The notes beneath the pieces were generated by a model. That model was given only the letters and a program-made list of their open reading frames with translations, searched no databases and had not been told where the DNA came from. A program made the position numbers and the translations under genes. Positions 51,051 through 64,000 of a stretch of 64,000 nt of DNA are shown piece after piece (the stretch's first letter is position 1; every line of letters starts with the position of its first letter). Where the stretch lies: assembly GCA_965287045.1 (NCBI GenBank), contig OZ336883.1, positions 80,228,001 through 80,292,000 on the forward strand. Reading direction: 5' to 3'. Source of the DNA: Carcharhinus amblyrhynchos (lineage: Eukaryota).

Positions 51051-51902
51051 CTCTTGGATCACTGGGAAGTCTTTAAGTAACTCAGCCGAGAAGGGAAATG
51101 GACCAGGAGCTCGTCATTATCTTTGTGGCAGGACACATATTTAGTGCATTAAAATCTTTTAGGCACCAGGGCCCATCCATGATGCACCTTGCTAGTGGGT
51201 TGTAACACAAAATGAGCTTTACGTTTTCGAGCCACTTCTTTTTAAAGATGTTCTTGGTGTATGTTTTATCTGAGAAGGAAAATCTCAGAGGTTCACAATC
51301 TTGCTAGGTGAAAGCATTGCTCACTCTCTCTCATTGTGTCACTTGTGGGAATATGTGTTGGAATATAATACGTACATCACTCATTTTATGGATTTACAAA
51401 CAGGTTCAGTTCACCTTGTACAGGGGATGGTTTCACTTGGGAGGTGTCACTGCTGAACTTGGTGAAACGTACTCAAAATTGCAGTTTTCCAAAACAAGTT
51501 TAGAAAGCTTGTTCAGAAGTTGTAACTTGTTCATTTTTAACTCTGACAATTTGAAGCTTACCATCTGTTAACACAGTGCCTGCTGTCAATCATTGTCTGC
51601 AGTGTGACAATGACGATGTCATTCCTCCGCATGTCAGAGTGACAAAGATAGTGAGTCACAAGATGTTGGCCTCAGGAGGGAGTGATCTTCACTTTTACAG
51701 GATTATTGTAGATTGGTGATCAGCAACTTCATTTACAAAGATTGGCATTTTAAACTTGTTATCACATTACCATGGATTTGATTTTAAAAATGATTTTTCA
51801 GGGATAATATCATTTTCAGAATATCGTTGCTACTTCCATAGAAACAGTGAAGGAAAAATAGCTTTAAGCTGCTCCAAATGATACACTGGTGAAGTTGTAT
51901 TT

Positions 51903-52058
51903 GAGTGAGATTCTCCGGCCTCCCGGCCACATGTCTCCTGCTGATGGGAGGAGGCGCGCTGTTTGCTAGCGGTGGGATTCTCTGGTCCCGCCCCTGTCAA
52001 TGGAAATTCCCACTGACATCACTCCATGCCAGCGGGAATGGCTGGAGAATTCCCACCC
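51903..52058. mobile_element. MITE-like element with ~18-bp imperfect TIRs
   Basis: gagtgagattctccggcc ... ggctggagaattcccacc. Confidence 0.55.
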
Positions 52059-52151
52059 TCGTATTTAATGTCTATCTCAAAACTGTTTAAAAAAAATCAC
52101 AGATGTCTCATTTTGCTCATGACCGACGTCTTATTTTATTGTTTGTATTTT

Positions 52152-52372
52152 AAAAGATAAAGTCGCCATTGTCCCAGATGACCATAGGCTGATCTTCTCT
52201 CTTTAAGGAAGAGAACTGACTGGTGGTGATTTAACCTGACGGTCACCACACCTCAGACGAGAGGCAAGGCCTTTGTGAATGGCCTGAGCCAGGACAAGAA
52301 TTGAACCCATGCTGTTGGCATTGCTCTGCATCCCTAACCAACTGTCCAGCCAACTGAACTAAACCAACTCCC
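52152..52372 (-). mobile_element. tRNA-derived SINE (third family)
   Basis: Minus-strand A box tttagttcagttgg and B box ggttcaattc; tail ...gggacaatggcgactttatcttt. Confidence 0.7.
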
Positions 52373-52638
52373 TATCTGCATTGTAAAAGTACAATTTAAA
52401 ACAATTCATTTTATTCGACCAATAGAAATATTGAATGTTGAAAAGTTGATTACTTTTAAAGCTGTCTGTAATTATCTTGAATTGTAAATCCATTTAAAGC
52501 TATCAAAAATGCTTTCAGTAGTGATCGAAAATAAAAGGGTTAAAGTAAGAGTTCTACCGGAACTTTTCACTGACATTTAGCGTGCATCATTTTAGATTAT
52601 TTATTCAGTGCTAATGTCTGACTGAGAAAATCAAGTCA

Positions 52639-52728
<90 letters not shown>

Positions 52729-53994
52729 CTACAGGGATAAAAACATATTCCAATGTTAGAAAATTCTTAAAAGAACAGTGAATAGCACATTTAAATGGTG
52801 GCATCATTTATGTACTAGTATTAAGCAATAAAAGCATTCTGTGCTGAATAAATGTCAGTGTCACAGGCAGAGCTGTTTATACAGTAGTGCGGAGGTTTTT
52901 ATGTTAAGTGCCCAAAAAGGTTTTACCGATATTATAGTATATCTCGGGAGACAGGATAATGCCGGGAAACTGATGAAAATTGGACAACACCATATGAAGA
53001 GTCATATAATAATAAAAAGTAAAACAGATAGTTTCTTTCGATTCTGTTCCCTCCCAAAGTTTCCTTCCTTACACTCTCCAACCTCCAGTGTTGGGCTAAT
53101 TTGTAGTGTATTTTTTAAACGTTTCTCTCCTTTCCTTTCTACCCTCACCCCTGCTATCTTTAATTCTATTTCCCAGCTTTCTTTACCACAAAGATTAATT
53201 AAAATGTAAGTTAAGAAATCTTATTGACAAAAGACTATAAATTAGTCTCTCGCTAAAACGGTTATCTCTTTGATGAAACATTGTTACGTACAATAATTAT
53301 ATTGTCAGGATTTTGTTAGCTGTCTCAGTAATTGTTTTTGTAATTAACACATAGGATGTAGCTGTCACTGGAAAGGCCACTCCCTCATTGCCCCTGAACT
53401 GAGTGACCATTTCAAAGGACGGTTAAGAGTCAGCCAGCTTGCAGTGAGTGTCAGTACTTACTTGTTGGCCAGACCAGGTAAGAATGGTAGATTTCCTAAA
53501 GGGTATTAGTGAACCAGGTGTAATTTTACAGATTAGTTATGTAGTTGCCAGAATTAAAAATTAGCTGGCTAATTTCAAGTAACTTAATTGCAGTGTTAAT
53601 GTAAGCCTTACTTGTGACTAATAAATAAAAGTTTACTGAGCAGAAAACATGGAATGTGCATAAATGGTCCCTTTTCTGATGGATGGGATGCAATGAGTGG
53701 AATCCTGTAGGAATCTGTGATGGGGATCTCAAGGTTTTTATTATTTACGTTTACGACTTAGATGAAGGGACTGAAGGCATGGTAACTAAATTTGCAAATA
53801 ACACAAAGTTAGGTGGGAGGGTATGTTGTGAAGATGACCTAAAAACATGAAAATCTGGGCCATTAGTTTCAACGGGAAAATGGGGCAAAAACAGGAAATG
53901 GTGGAGAAACTCAGTAGGTATGACTGCATCTGTAGAGAGAGAATAAATCCAATGTTTTGAGTCTGGATGACTGTCCAAAAGTTCTATTCGCTCT

Positions 53995-54645
53995 TTGATT
54001 TGATCTGGTTTATTATTGTCACGTATATTAGGGTACAGTGAAAAGTATTGTTTCTTGCATACAGGCATAGCATACCGCTCATAGAGAAGAAAAGGAGAGA
54101 GTGCAGAATGTAGTGTTACAGACATAGCTAGGGTGCAGACAAAGAGCAACTTAATGCAAGGTAAGTCCATTCAAAAGTCTGACAGCAGCAGGGAAGAAGC
54201 TGTTCGTGAGCTGGTTGGTACGTGACCTCAGACTTTTGTATCTTTTTCCCGATGGAAGAAGGTGGAAGAGAGTGTGTCTAGGGTGCGTGGGGTCCTTAAT
54301 TATGCTGGCAGTATTTCCAAGGCAGTGGGAAGTGTAGACAGAATCAGTGGATGAGAGGCTGGTTTCTGTGATGGGTTGGGCCACATTCACGACCTTTTGT
54401 AGTTTCTTGCTGCCTTGGGCAGAGCAGGAGCCCATACCCAACTGTGATACAACCAGACAGAATGCTTTCTATGGTGCATCTCTAAAAGTTGGTGAGAGTC
54501 GTAGCGGACATGCCAAATTTCCTCAGTTTTCTGAGAAAGTAGAGGTGATGGTGGGCTTTCTTAACTATAGTGTCGGCATGGGGGTGGTGATCAGGAGGGG
54601 TTGCTGGTGATCTGGACACCTAAAAAGTTGAAGCTCTCAACCATC
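53995..54645 (-). mobile_element. Rex1/Babar LINE 3' fragment, nested in a Penelope-type inverted repeat (~53885-54733)
   Basis: KKLQKVVNVAQPI...ASIIKDPTHPRHTLFHLLPSGKRYKSL...NSFFPAAVRLLN. Flanks are inverted copies of the 22515-type repeat. Confidence 0.82.
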
Positions 54646-54851
54646 TCTCCACAGATGCTGTCAGAGCTGCAGAGATTTTCCAGCATTTTCTGTTTTTGTT
54701 TCTGATTCCAGCATCTGCAGTTTCTTGCCTTTATTATAATAGGAAAATGGGATTATTCTGAACAATGCAAGAACTATAATCCAAACCACACCTTCCCTAG
54801 AATTTAAACACTGTGAAAACACTGGGCCAGTCTGGAGTGGAAGCTTCTTAC

Positions 54852-54975
54852 CAGAGTGTCCTTACTGGTGAAGTGAACCATCCAGCCCTCCTTCTGTACT
54901 GTACTACTTCTCCTCTTTGTGTGTTTGACAGACTGAACCACTCGCATCAACGGAATGTTATTACTGGCTGAGGGG
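54852..54975 (-). CDS. PRKD1: PRKD1 coding exon (approx. human exon 8), start of PH domain
   Basis: Reads (S)[41 protein letters not shown]. Acceptor tttcag, donor gtaag, 124 nt. Confidence 0.96.
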
Positions 54976-55504
54976 CTGAAATGAAACAGTAAGGCATCAA
55001 TCAGTAAAACATGATTTTCTGGGGGTGAGCTGAAACTATCTACTTCTGGAATGGAACAAGGTCCCTTAGACATCTTTGAAATTTCTGCTGTATTTATTTT
55101 AAAATAAAACTCTTCAATTAACTCTTTTAAAAAGATGGATGAAAATTTATTGAAGGAGCTACTTGAGAACGCCTCAGGTGACCCAGTTGGTACCTGCCTT
55201 TTTGTAATTTTCCTTTCCAGTTCCATTGATTGTAAATTTATGATACAATTCTTTTTAACCTAATTACACCACAGGGCTGGTGTTATTGGTCTATGTTACC
55301 TGGGGTGGTGTTTTGAGAATTTACATGTTCCTGTCCAGAGGGAACTGTGAAAGTTTAGCCACTCCTTCATTCCCAGATCTGCTCAGCTATCTGGGGGTGA
55401 CTTGTGCTAGTTCCAATTTGTCAGTTTGTGTGCTGCGCTAATTGAACCCCAGTCAACAAACTGCTGATCCTAAATTGTTAAATTGATAGCAAGTGCTTTT
55501 CCCC

Positions 55505-55718
55505 ACGTTGTGGCACAGTGGTAAGCACTGCTGCCTCACAGCGCCAGGTTTATGGGTTCAATTCCCAGCTTGGGTCCCTATCTATGTGCAGTTCTGGAAG
55601 ATGTGCTGGTTAAGTACATTGACCTGAGCAGGCACCGGATTGTGGTAACAAGGGGAATTTCACAGTAAGTTCAATGCAGTGTTAATGTAAGCCTACTTGT
55701 GACTAATAAATTAACTTA
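55505..55718 (+). mobile_element. V-SINE with type B tail, internally deleted
   Basis: Head and type B tail are present; most of the V core is missing. Confidence 0.75.
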
Positions 55719-56166
55719 AGCTTATTGCTGTATTGTGTGTGAGTTTGTTGCCAAAAATGGAATATGTTGAGTCCAGATAATATTAAACATCCAGTAGTTG
55801 TTGGCACTGCCGCTGACCTCAATATTTAACCCCATCATTGCTGCTTCATTGTGGTCACAGTCTGTACAATCTACAAAACACCCGACAGCAACTCAATAAA
55901 CTTAATTTGACATTAAAGTGGTCTCAACAGAGAGATCAAAAGAAGCAATGTTATGGGAAAACCATCACTACCAAAATTCCCCCAAACTCACACACTGTCC
56001 TGACATGGGTATGGATCAAGAGATTGATTGTGATTGGGCAATCTGTGTTATTAAACATGGAACATGACAGCGGGAAACTCAGTGGAAACTTGTCCAATTG
56101 GGGGGTTTTGAATTTTAAGCTGAGTCAGGTCTGCCCATTTGTGTGATTAAAATGAGCCAACGTTCG

Positions 56167-56889
56167 GGGTACTGGGGGGGGGGTAGCTGGGAGGGGCAAT
56201 GAGGCAGCATTCTGGGTATTGGGGGGGGTAGCTGGGGGAGGGGCAATGAGGCAGCATTCTGGGTATTGGGGGGGGTAGCTGGGGGAGGGGCAATGAGGCA
56301 GCATTCTGGGTATTGGGGGGGTAGCTGGGGGAGGGGCAATGAGGCAGCATTCTGGGTATTGGGGGGTAGCTGGGAGGGGCAATGAGGCAGCATTCTGGGT
56401 ATTGGGGGGGTAGCTGGGGGAGGGGCAATGAGGCAGCATTCTGGGTATTGGGGGGGTAGCTGGGGGAGGGGCAATGAGGCAGCATTCTGGGTAATGGGGG
56501 GGTAGCTGGGGGAGGGGCAATGAGGCAGCATTCTGGGTATTGGGGGGGTAGCTGGGAGGGGCAATGAGGCAGCATTCTGGGTATTGGGGGGGTAGCTGGG
56601 AGGGGCAATGAGGCAGCATTCTGGGTATTGGGGGGGGTAGCTGGGGGAGGGGCAATGAGGCAGCATTCTGGGTATTGGGGGGGTAGCTGGGAGGGGCAAT
56701 GAGGCAGCATTCTGGGTATTGGGGGGGTAGCTGGGGGAGGGGCAATGAGGCAGCATTCTGGGTAATGGGGGGGTAGCTGGGAGGGGCAATGAGGCAGCAT
56801 TCTGGGTATTGGGGGGGTAGCTGGGGGAGGGGCAATGAGGCAGCATTCTGGGTACTGGGGGGGTAGCTGGGGGAGGGGCAATGAGGCAG
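56167..56889 (+). repeat. ~44-47-bp G-rich minisatellite, about 16 copies
   Basis: Unit GGGTATT(G)nTAGCT(G)nAGGGGCAATGAGGCAGCATTCT. Confidence 0.97.
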
Positions 56890-57177
56890 GAATTGAAGAG
56901 GAAACAAACTCTATTTTGCTTTTGTGACATTAAATGTGATAGATGAGCATTCGGATGTTTTGTGCATGGTTTATTGCATCAGTAACACCTCTTTATATAT
57001 TATAGTGGGACATTAAGTGGCTGGCTTGATAATTAATTCTAAGGGAAGCAGAGAGTCCACATCATAAAAGACAGTTTGTGTTTGATAGTCTTCTGACCTG
57101 CTCCACTCTGCTATTTAAATCTTTCCCATTTGATTATGTATTTATTTCTTCAATCCATCAGCATCTCCCACAATAAC

Positions 57178-58296
57178 ATTGTTACTCTGTGTGATCATAT
57201 CACTCCGTGGATCACTATTACTCAGTGTGATCACTATTACTCTATGTGATTACTATTACTAAATGTGATCACTATTACTCAGTGTGAGCATTACTACTCA
57301 GTGTGACCACTAGCACTTAGTGTGATCAGTATTACTCTGTGTGATCACTTACTCTGTGTGATCACTATTGCTCTGTGTGATCACTTAGTGTGATTATTAT
57401 TACTCAGTGTGATCACTATTGCTCAGTGTGATTATTATTATTCAGGATAATCACTATTACTCCGTGTGATCACTATTGTTTTGTGTGATTACTGTTGCTC
57501 TGTGAGATCGCTATTGTTCTGTGATCATTACTGCTCTGTGTGATCACTATTACTGTGTGATCACTATTACTCAGTGTGATCACTATTGTTCAATGTGATC
57601 ACTATTACTCAGTGTGATCACTATTACGCTGTGTGATCACTATTACTCAGTGTGATCTCTATTACTCAGTGTGATCACTATTACCCAGTGTGATCACTAT
57701 TACTAAATGCGATCACTATTACTCAGTGTGATCATTATTACTCAGTGTGATCATTATTACTCAGTGTGATCACTAGTACTCAGTGTGATCAGTATTACTC
57801 TGTATGATCACTTACTCTGTGTGATTACTATTATTCAGTGTGATAATTATTACTCCGTGCGATCACTTACTCAGTACGATCACTATTACTGTGATCACTA
57901 TTATTCAGTGTGAACATTATTACGCAGTGTGATCACTATTACTCAGTGATCTCTCTTACTCAATATGATCACTATTGTTCTGTGTGATCACTACTACTCA
58001 GTGTGATCACTATTACTTGGGTAATCTCTATTATTACGTGTGATCATTATTACTCAATGTGATCACTATTTCTTTGTGTGATCATTATTGTTCTGTCTGA
58101 TCACTATTACTCAATATGATCACTATTACTCTGTGTGATCAGTATTACTCAATGTGCTCACTATTTCTCAGTGTGATCAATATTATTCAGTGTGATCACT
58201 ATTACTCAGCGTGAGCACTAGTACTTAGAGTAATAGTGATCACACAAAGTACTAATGCTAGTACACAGAGTAATAGTGATCACACAGTGTGATTAC
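57178..58296. repeat. Degenerate 19-bp tandem repeat (GTGTGATCACTATTACTCA)n, ~55 copies, last units inverted
   Basis: Directly visible. Orientation flips at ~58226. Confidence 0.93.
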
Positions 58297-59111
58297 AATA
58301 ATGCTACAAAACGATCAGAATTACTTTACTGATGAATTTAAGCAGGTTTATCACACACAGGCATCATCTGTCATTAGGGATCTCGTGTTTGTTAAAGTCA
58401 AAAAACAAATCACATGTCACAATCACCATCAGAAGGTTGCAGCTGATCAAAAAACTGCCTCGCCTGAAGACTGGAATTAAAATACATGTTAGCAAAAATG
58501 AATGATAGAAATATTCACAATATTCCATTTCAATTGCCAACAGGTGTTAGAATATACCAACAAAGTGTACAGAGAAAACCTGCATTGAGACTCCATCTAT
58601 CTCCTCCAATATAACTGACAGGCTTTGTAAAACAGGAAGCTGCAGTGATAACTGGTAGATTCGACTTATTATCCTGCGAATATGTAAAGATTGAGACACA
58701 ATCACTTTAAAACCCTTGTAGGGAACGTCCAATGGAATGAGCATCCTTGATGTCTTAATGCAAAAATAAATTGTTCCGCCCATACAAAGTTAAATTCTCA
58801 TGTTATTTATCAAAGAATGAATGGTTGGAAAGAAATGAAATTTCTTTTGTAAGTAAAGTAGATTTGCCTCAACAAAATAAACAGCAATGAGAGTCAGCAC
58901 TTCACTCATGTGGTGGGAGCCAGCAGCCACTTTGCTTTACAAAGGGAAACACTCAGCGCACGATGTGGCAGATCAGCTCAATCTGTAAATAACTCTGGCG
59001 AGACTTCAATGCCACATTTTCACATATAAATTTTGTTAGTGAGCATTACTTATATATTACATTTGTGTTCTCCGTCAACTTGGCAATCACATGATCTATT
59101 TATTTACTATC

Positions 59112-59378
59112 TAGCACTGCTGTCTCACAGCTCCAGGGACCCGGGTTTGATTCCGGCCTTGAGTGATAGTCAATGTGGAGTTTACACATTCTCCCCGTGT
59201 CTGCGTGGGTTTCCTCCAGGTACGCCAGTTTCTTCCCACTGTCCAAAGATGTGCAGGATAGGTGGGTTAATGGGATAAATATTGGGGTTATAAGGATAGA
59301 ATACTCTGTTGAAGAGTCAGTACAGACTCAATGGGCTGAATGGCCCTCTTCTGCGGTGTAGAGCTACTAAGATTCTAA
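59112..59378 (+). mobile_element. V-SINE with CR1-type tail
   Basis: tagcactgctgtctcacagctccagggacccgggtttgattcc, V core and tail. Confidence 0.82.
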
Positions 59379-60019
59379 CTGAAAGCTTTAATCTACAAAA
59401 TAGTCTTAGTAAAATTTAATCAAGTAAGAATCTTGACATCATTCCCAAGTTGTGCAATTCTGCAAAGCAATGTGTCATTCAGAGTATTGGCTTCCCTGCT
59501 CCTCTGTTTGCTGCCATGTAACATCCTGAAGCACTCAACCCCATTTGTAACAGAGAACTAGCAGAACCACACTGGGAAATATGTGGCTACAGTACATCAC
59601 TTCACACAAAATACGTGTGGGTTGCTGCATGTTAAATATTTGAGGAAATCAGAGATCAAATCCCAGGCCATTTACAGGAGCATTTTGTTAAATCAAGTCA
59701 TGGATAAACTTTTAAGTTATTCCCTTTAAATTGCACAATTAAATATGTGTTTTAAACCATTAGTTTAAAATTGATTGGATACAATTTTCTGTTACAGCTT
59801 AAAAATCAGAGTAATTGTCTACAGTTACATGTTGTCTCGGTCAACTCATGAAGGAAGGAATGTATATATTTATTCATATCCATCAATTGATCCATTTTAT
59901 AAAGTATTTATTTTGTGCTTTTCGGGATGGACAGTTGCTGAATTGACAAACTGGTCACATGCTGCTTTCCTGCTGTTTCAAAGTTAACAAAAGCTTACAT
60001 TTCAAATATCTGGAATATT

Positions 60020-60750
60020 ACGCTCCTTGCATCAATGTTCCAGCCCAAACCACACACTGGCCCGGCTCCAGTCATCCACATACAGCCCTTTACAGACCCT
60101 AATCTCCAAGAATGGTGCTGATGGTCTCAGCATGAACTGGTCTAACGCAATCGTTTCAACAATTGGGCCTGGTTTAACAACTCAAAACCAGTCTCCCAAG
60201 ATCAAGAGGAATCCTGACTCCAATCAAACACCTCAGGATTCCAGCCATGGGAATCTGCCTCCCTTGTCCCACGTTGAGGAGGAGGAATGTCAGGCATGTC
60301 ACATAACCTTCACCAAGCTGCATGGTAATATTGTCCAGAGAAACTGAACTTGGACAGTTATTTTTGGATCTCTGACCGTTCCAGATAAACTGCCTGAGAT
60401 GTCCACCATTTACCATCAAGCTGGTGGCAGCAGAGAGCACTCTGACCCTCATCAAAAAACGCAAACTGTTGGAACCTTGGAACTCGTGTATCCCAGACTA
60501 ACTCTCAAAACCTGCCTCCTCCCATTGTGGAAATCTCGCTTCTGGAAAAACAGGATCACCTTTTGTCCAGCCATCTTCCCTCTGTCGGAACAGTCCATTT
60601 AGCTTCAGATTCTGAACTCTGGACACACATAAAACCCAAACTTGTATTTGACTGTCGTCATGTAATCATTTACAGGGCCTGTTTCCCGTGCGGTGCTGTT
60701 CTTTGTTCACGATCTTTCTTTTTCCTTATCCTCTGTTTATTGTTTGAGTG
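60020..60750 (+). mobile_element. Possible decayed L1/Tx1-like ORF2 C-terminus
   Basis: One frame reads RGILTPIKHLRIPAMGICLPCPTLRRRNVRHV, loosely like the C-terminal Cys/His knuckle region. Weak. Confidence 0.25.
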
Positions 60751-60999
60751 AGAAGAAGTGAATGTTATGGAAGTCCTTGCATGTGAGTGTGTGACTGCAA
60801 ACATTAACCAAATCTTTCTTTTATCTTGCTTGAGGTTGCTGTGCAAGTTATTCATCGAGGATTGAAACACTCCAAATTTAAGGGTTGGGAAAATACATCA
60901 CCATTTACAACGGGGGAAATCTGAATAAATAAACACCTTTCTGCTTACCACGGGTGGGGAGTGAGAAGATCAGGCCTGGTTAAATTGACCCTGCCCATG

Positions 61000-61262
61000 C
61001 GCCACCCCACCCGCCCCACCCCACCCCACCCCCCCACCCCCCCTCACCCCAACCCCCCACTACTCCCACCCCCAACACTCCCACCCCCCAACCCCCCCCC
61101 TCCATCCCCACCCCCACCCCCCAACCCCCCCACCACACCACCCCCCACCCACTCCCCCCAATCCCCCCACCCCCCCACCCCCCTCATCCCACCCCCAACT
61201 CCTCTCCCCTCATCCCACCCCCAACCCCAACCCCCCCCACCACCCCCACTGCCGCCCTACCA
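61000..61262 (+). repeat. C-rich low-complexity tract
   Basis: Irregular (CCCCA)n-like runs. Confidence 0.9.
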
Positions 61263-63139
61263 CCTGTCTGTGACAATGTTAATAGCACTTGTCCACCGTA
61301 ACTATGTTCACTCAGGTGAGATGTGGCTGTAAAAATATATAGTACAATAATATACTCAATCCCCTGAAAGAAAATAACATTGCTATAAGTTAGAGATATA
61401 AGGATGGGAGAGGAATTTATCTCTTGTAGACACCTGCAGTTGTCTCAGGTGATAGTATTCTTCAGAGAAACTCACAACATCCCAATTATCCCGATGTGAT
61501 TTATTTTATGCAACTTAGATGCTTGTGTGTATCTAATTTTTTAAAATCAGCTACTGCTCCTGTAGCCTCTTAATAATGCAAACAGCAATAGATACCCTTC
61601 AAAAGAAAATCACATAAGGAAAATGATTGGGTGTTTCTTGTAACCGGAGAAGATTCAGGAAGCAGGAAGTAATGAAGATAATGGGCTTTTATAATGGGCA
61701 GAACTGAGGTGCGAAGGAGACCCCATCAGTCAAAGGCCAAACCACATTATTAATGGATTGTTGCAAAGAGCAAAGGAGCTTTCAATAAATTGGTAGCATG
61801 AGACTTTAGTTACATTAATGAGCCTATAATTGTGCAGTATTTAGTTGTTTGCTTATTTCCTTTCACCAAAGCAGGTGACAGCGTTGCATGCATACCACAG
61901 TAAATAAATATAGGTCCAATTACATCCTGAAAGGGAGGAAAGGGTTCAGTGAGGCAAACCTTGGGGCCACTACGTAAAACAATGACAAATTCTGTGAAGT
62001 AATTACAGAGTCTTATCCAGGTTAAGCGTGTCAATACATCCTCTCAAACTTCAATATACTGGAAAATAACAGATTGCAAAGGAAGGAGCAGTCTTACACT
62101 TGTGCCTGACAAGTGTAGAGTCAAGCTGTGCCCTGTTTATCAGTCTGGGAAACAGAAGTGCTCTGTTCAGTAAAAGCGGATAAAGAGAATCCTTATAAAG
62201 ACTGAGATTCTCATGATAAATCTGATACAGCCACTTTAATCGAATGATGTTTCCCCGGTGTCTAGTCATCTCTTTGAGGTCAGTCTTGGAATTTATCAAG
62301 TACCACATAAAAATTATTTACCTCAGGGCTTTTTTCTCTATAAATTATCTATATTTCTGCTTTGCTGTATCAAATATTGTAAAAGGAGCCTGTGTGAAAG
62401 CAAAACAAACAGCGACCTCCTTGAACAAGATGAACCACATCACAACAGAACAAAACAAAGACTTGTGAACAGAAAACTCTGTGTCATCCACATGAAGCCA
62501 AAAGATGTCTGGCATTTTCAGTTCTTAATGTTCTGTACAAACAGCTGCTGATTAGTTTTTAGGAACTGGTGTCTCATCAGCTTACTGGCTGTACTCTCTT
62601 TCACAGAAAGAAGGAAAGCTTAATTTCAGTACACGCTGTTGCTGCAGCAATAATTTGGCCAGGAGTCTGCTGATTTCAGTTCTAAGGTATATCTGATATT
62701 GTATAGGAAATACTTTCTTCACCCTCTCCAGCTTAACAATATTGCAAATGCCCCCTCAAGCTCCCAGGTCCTTATCTTGCAATACTGTTGGAAATATAAA
62801 CTGAAAAACAATTGGCTATCACCTTTGATGCATTAAGGTTTCTTAGAACAGAGAAAGAGCTGAGTTTTGTTCTGCCCACACTCATATATAATTAACATAT
62901 AAACTGTTCAGCAACATGGCACACACAGTTCTTGTTATATGATGAACTGCTTCCATTTAGTAGATTCAGGAATAACACAAATCACAACATATGCTGACGG
63001 TGTGCAATCTTTAACTGTGAACACAATCAAATGTGTCATTTGCTCTACCATGTATCTCGTTAAAGGAAAAGGTTATTCATCTGAATGTCTCCATAATTCT
63101 CTGATAGAAAGGACAATGGCTCGAATCTAACTGCACGCT

Positions 63140-63740
63140 CACTTTTCTTTTATTCACAAATCTTATGTTTTGTCACCTGACCATGTGTGACCTCTACCCT
63201 GAGGAGCGCCTGCTATCGTAACCATCACTACCTGTTTTAACCTCTACAACACGAACTGTCTATCCTCATACTCTCCATTACTGACACAGAAACCCTATCA
63301 ACATGTCCATTATTTTCAAATGCTCTTCATCTCCATTCTTTATGTCTCCTCTGGATGAACTTCAACTTGTCCAAAATCCTGTCATTTGCAATGTGTCTGT
63401 TCCTCTTTGTTCCCTGACTTTACCAACCTCCACTAGTTCCCAAATCTGATTCATTTCATTCAAAATGCTCATCTTTGCTTCCCAAATGGTTTATTTCCTG
63501 TTTCAGTGAATGTGAATGAGGATATCTGGCCTATCAGTACATCATTCCCATGAATGTGCTCATGTCCTGTGTTCTTCTAACCCTGAGGCTTGTGCATGGT
63601 CTCTGAATCCTTGTCACTTCCTGGTCGTAAAACCTTCAGCAATTTCCACCCTAATCTCCAGAACTCATTTCCTACATGTCTCCACCATCTTAATCCTCTC
63701 CCTATTTTATCGCTTCTCGGACTTTTGGCTTAGACCAAGT
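63140..63740 (+). mobile_element. Ancient L2-like LINE remnant
   Basis: Degenerate ELQLVQN, NLH*FP and FKMLI motifs resemble the L2 ORF2 C-terminus. Confidence 0.4.
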
Positions 63741-64000
63741 GTAGTATCGACAGGCTGTGCCTGGTTGAAGTGATTGGGTTACATTTTAGCTTCATTTGAA
63801 GCAATTTTTAAAGCAGCATCTCAGCCTTTTGGCTAAGATGCAAATGAGATCAAGCCTTGGAGGAGGAGCTATACCTACTCCAATCAGCTTGGATCATGTA
63901 GATCAAGCCCCAGACAGGAAGTGCAAGCCCAGTCCTGTCAGCTTGGATCAGGAATGTCCCAACTTGTTGAGACTCTGAATTGGATTTGATTGGACCGAAT

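Noticed and set aside
56115-56930. Long Pro-rich or Gly-rich ORFs (also 28852-29280, 44403-44738, 60961-61332)
   Set aside because: These are translations of stop-free minisatellites, often open in several frames.
54976-64000. Next upstream PRKD1 exon (acidic region after the C1b domain)
   Set aside because: I could not find a matching exon; it probably lies beyond the window.

Overview
Eukaryotic vertebrate DNA, most likely from a shark (inferred from the HE1/V-SINE, Deu-SINE, CR1, Rex1 and Penelope repeat content). The window holds the last 11 coding exons of protein kinase D1 (PRKD1) on the minus strand, 54975 down to 25162. They give 1549 coding nt, all with GT-AG introns in consistent phase, and encode the PH domain, kinase domain and C-terminal ERVSIL motif. 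A putative 3' UTR runs to about 24310, followed by about 24 kb of downstream intergenic DNA whose repeat-poor stretches may be conserved enhancers. The rest is transposable elements and minisatellites. Most notable observations: (1) a ~180-bp fragment of RTCB (RNA ligase) coding sequence inside the tail of a V-SINE; (2) five minimal hammerhead-ribozyme motifs from Penelope-like elements; (3) a three-level CR1 nest whose inner copy is almost intact; (4) two solo LTRs with perfect TSDs. I see no CRISPR or other prokaryote-type system. All homology calls come from recalled sequences, not database searches.
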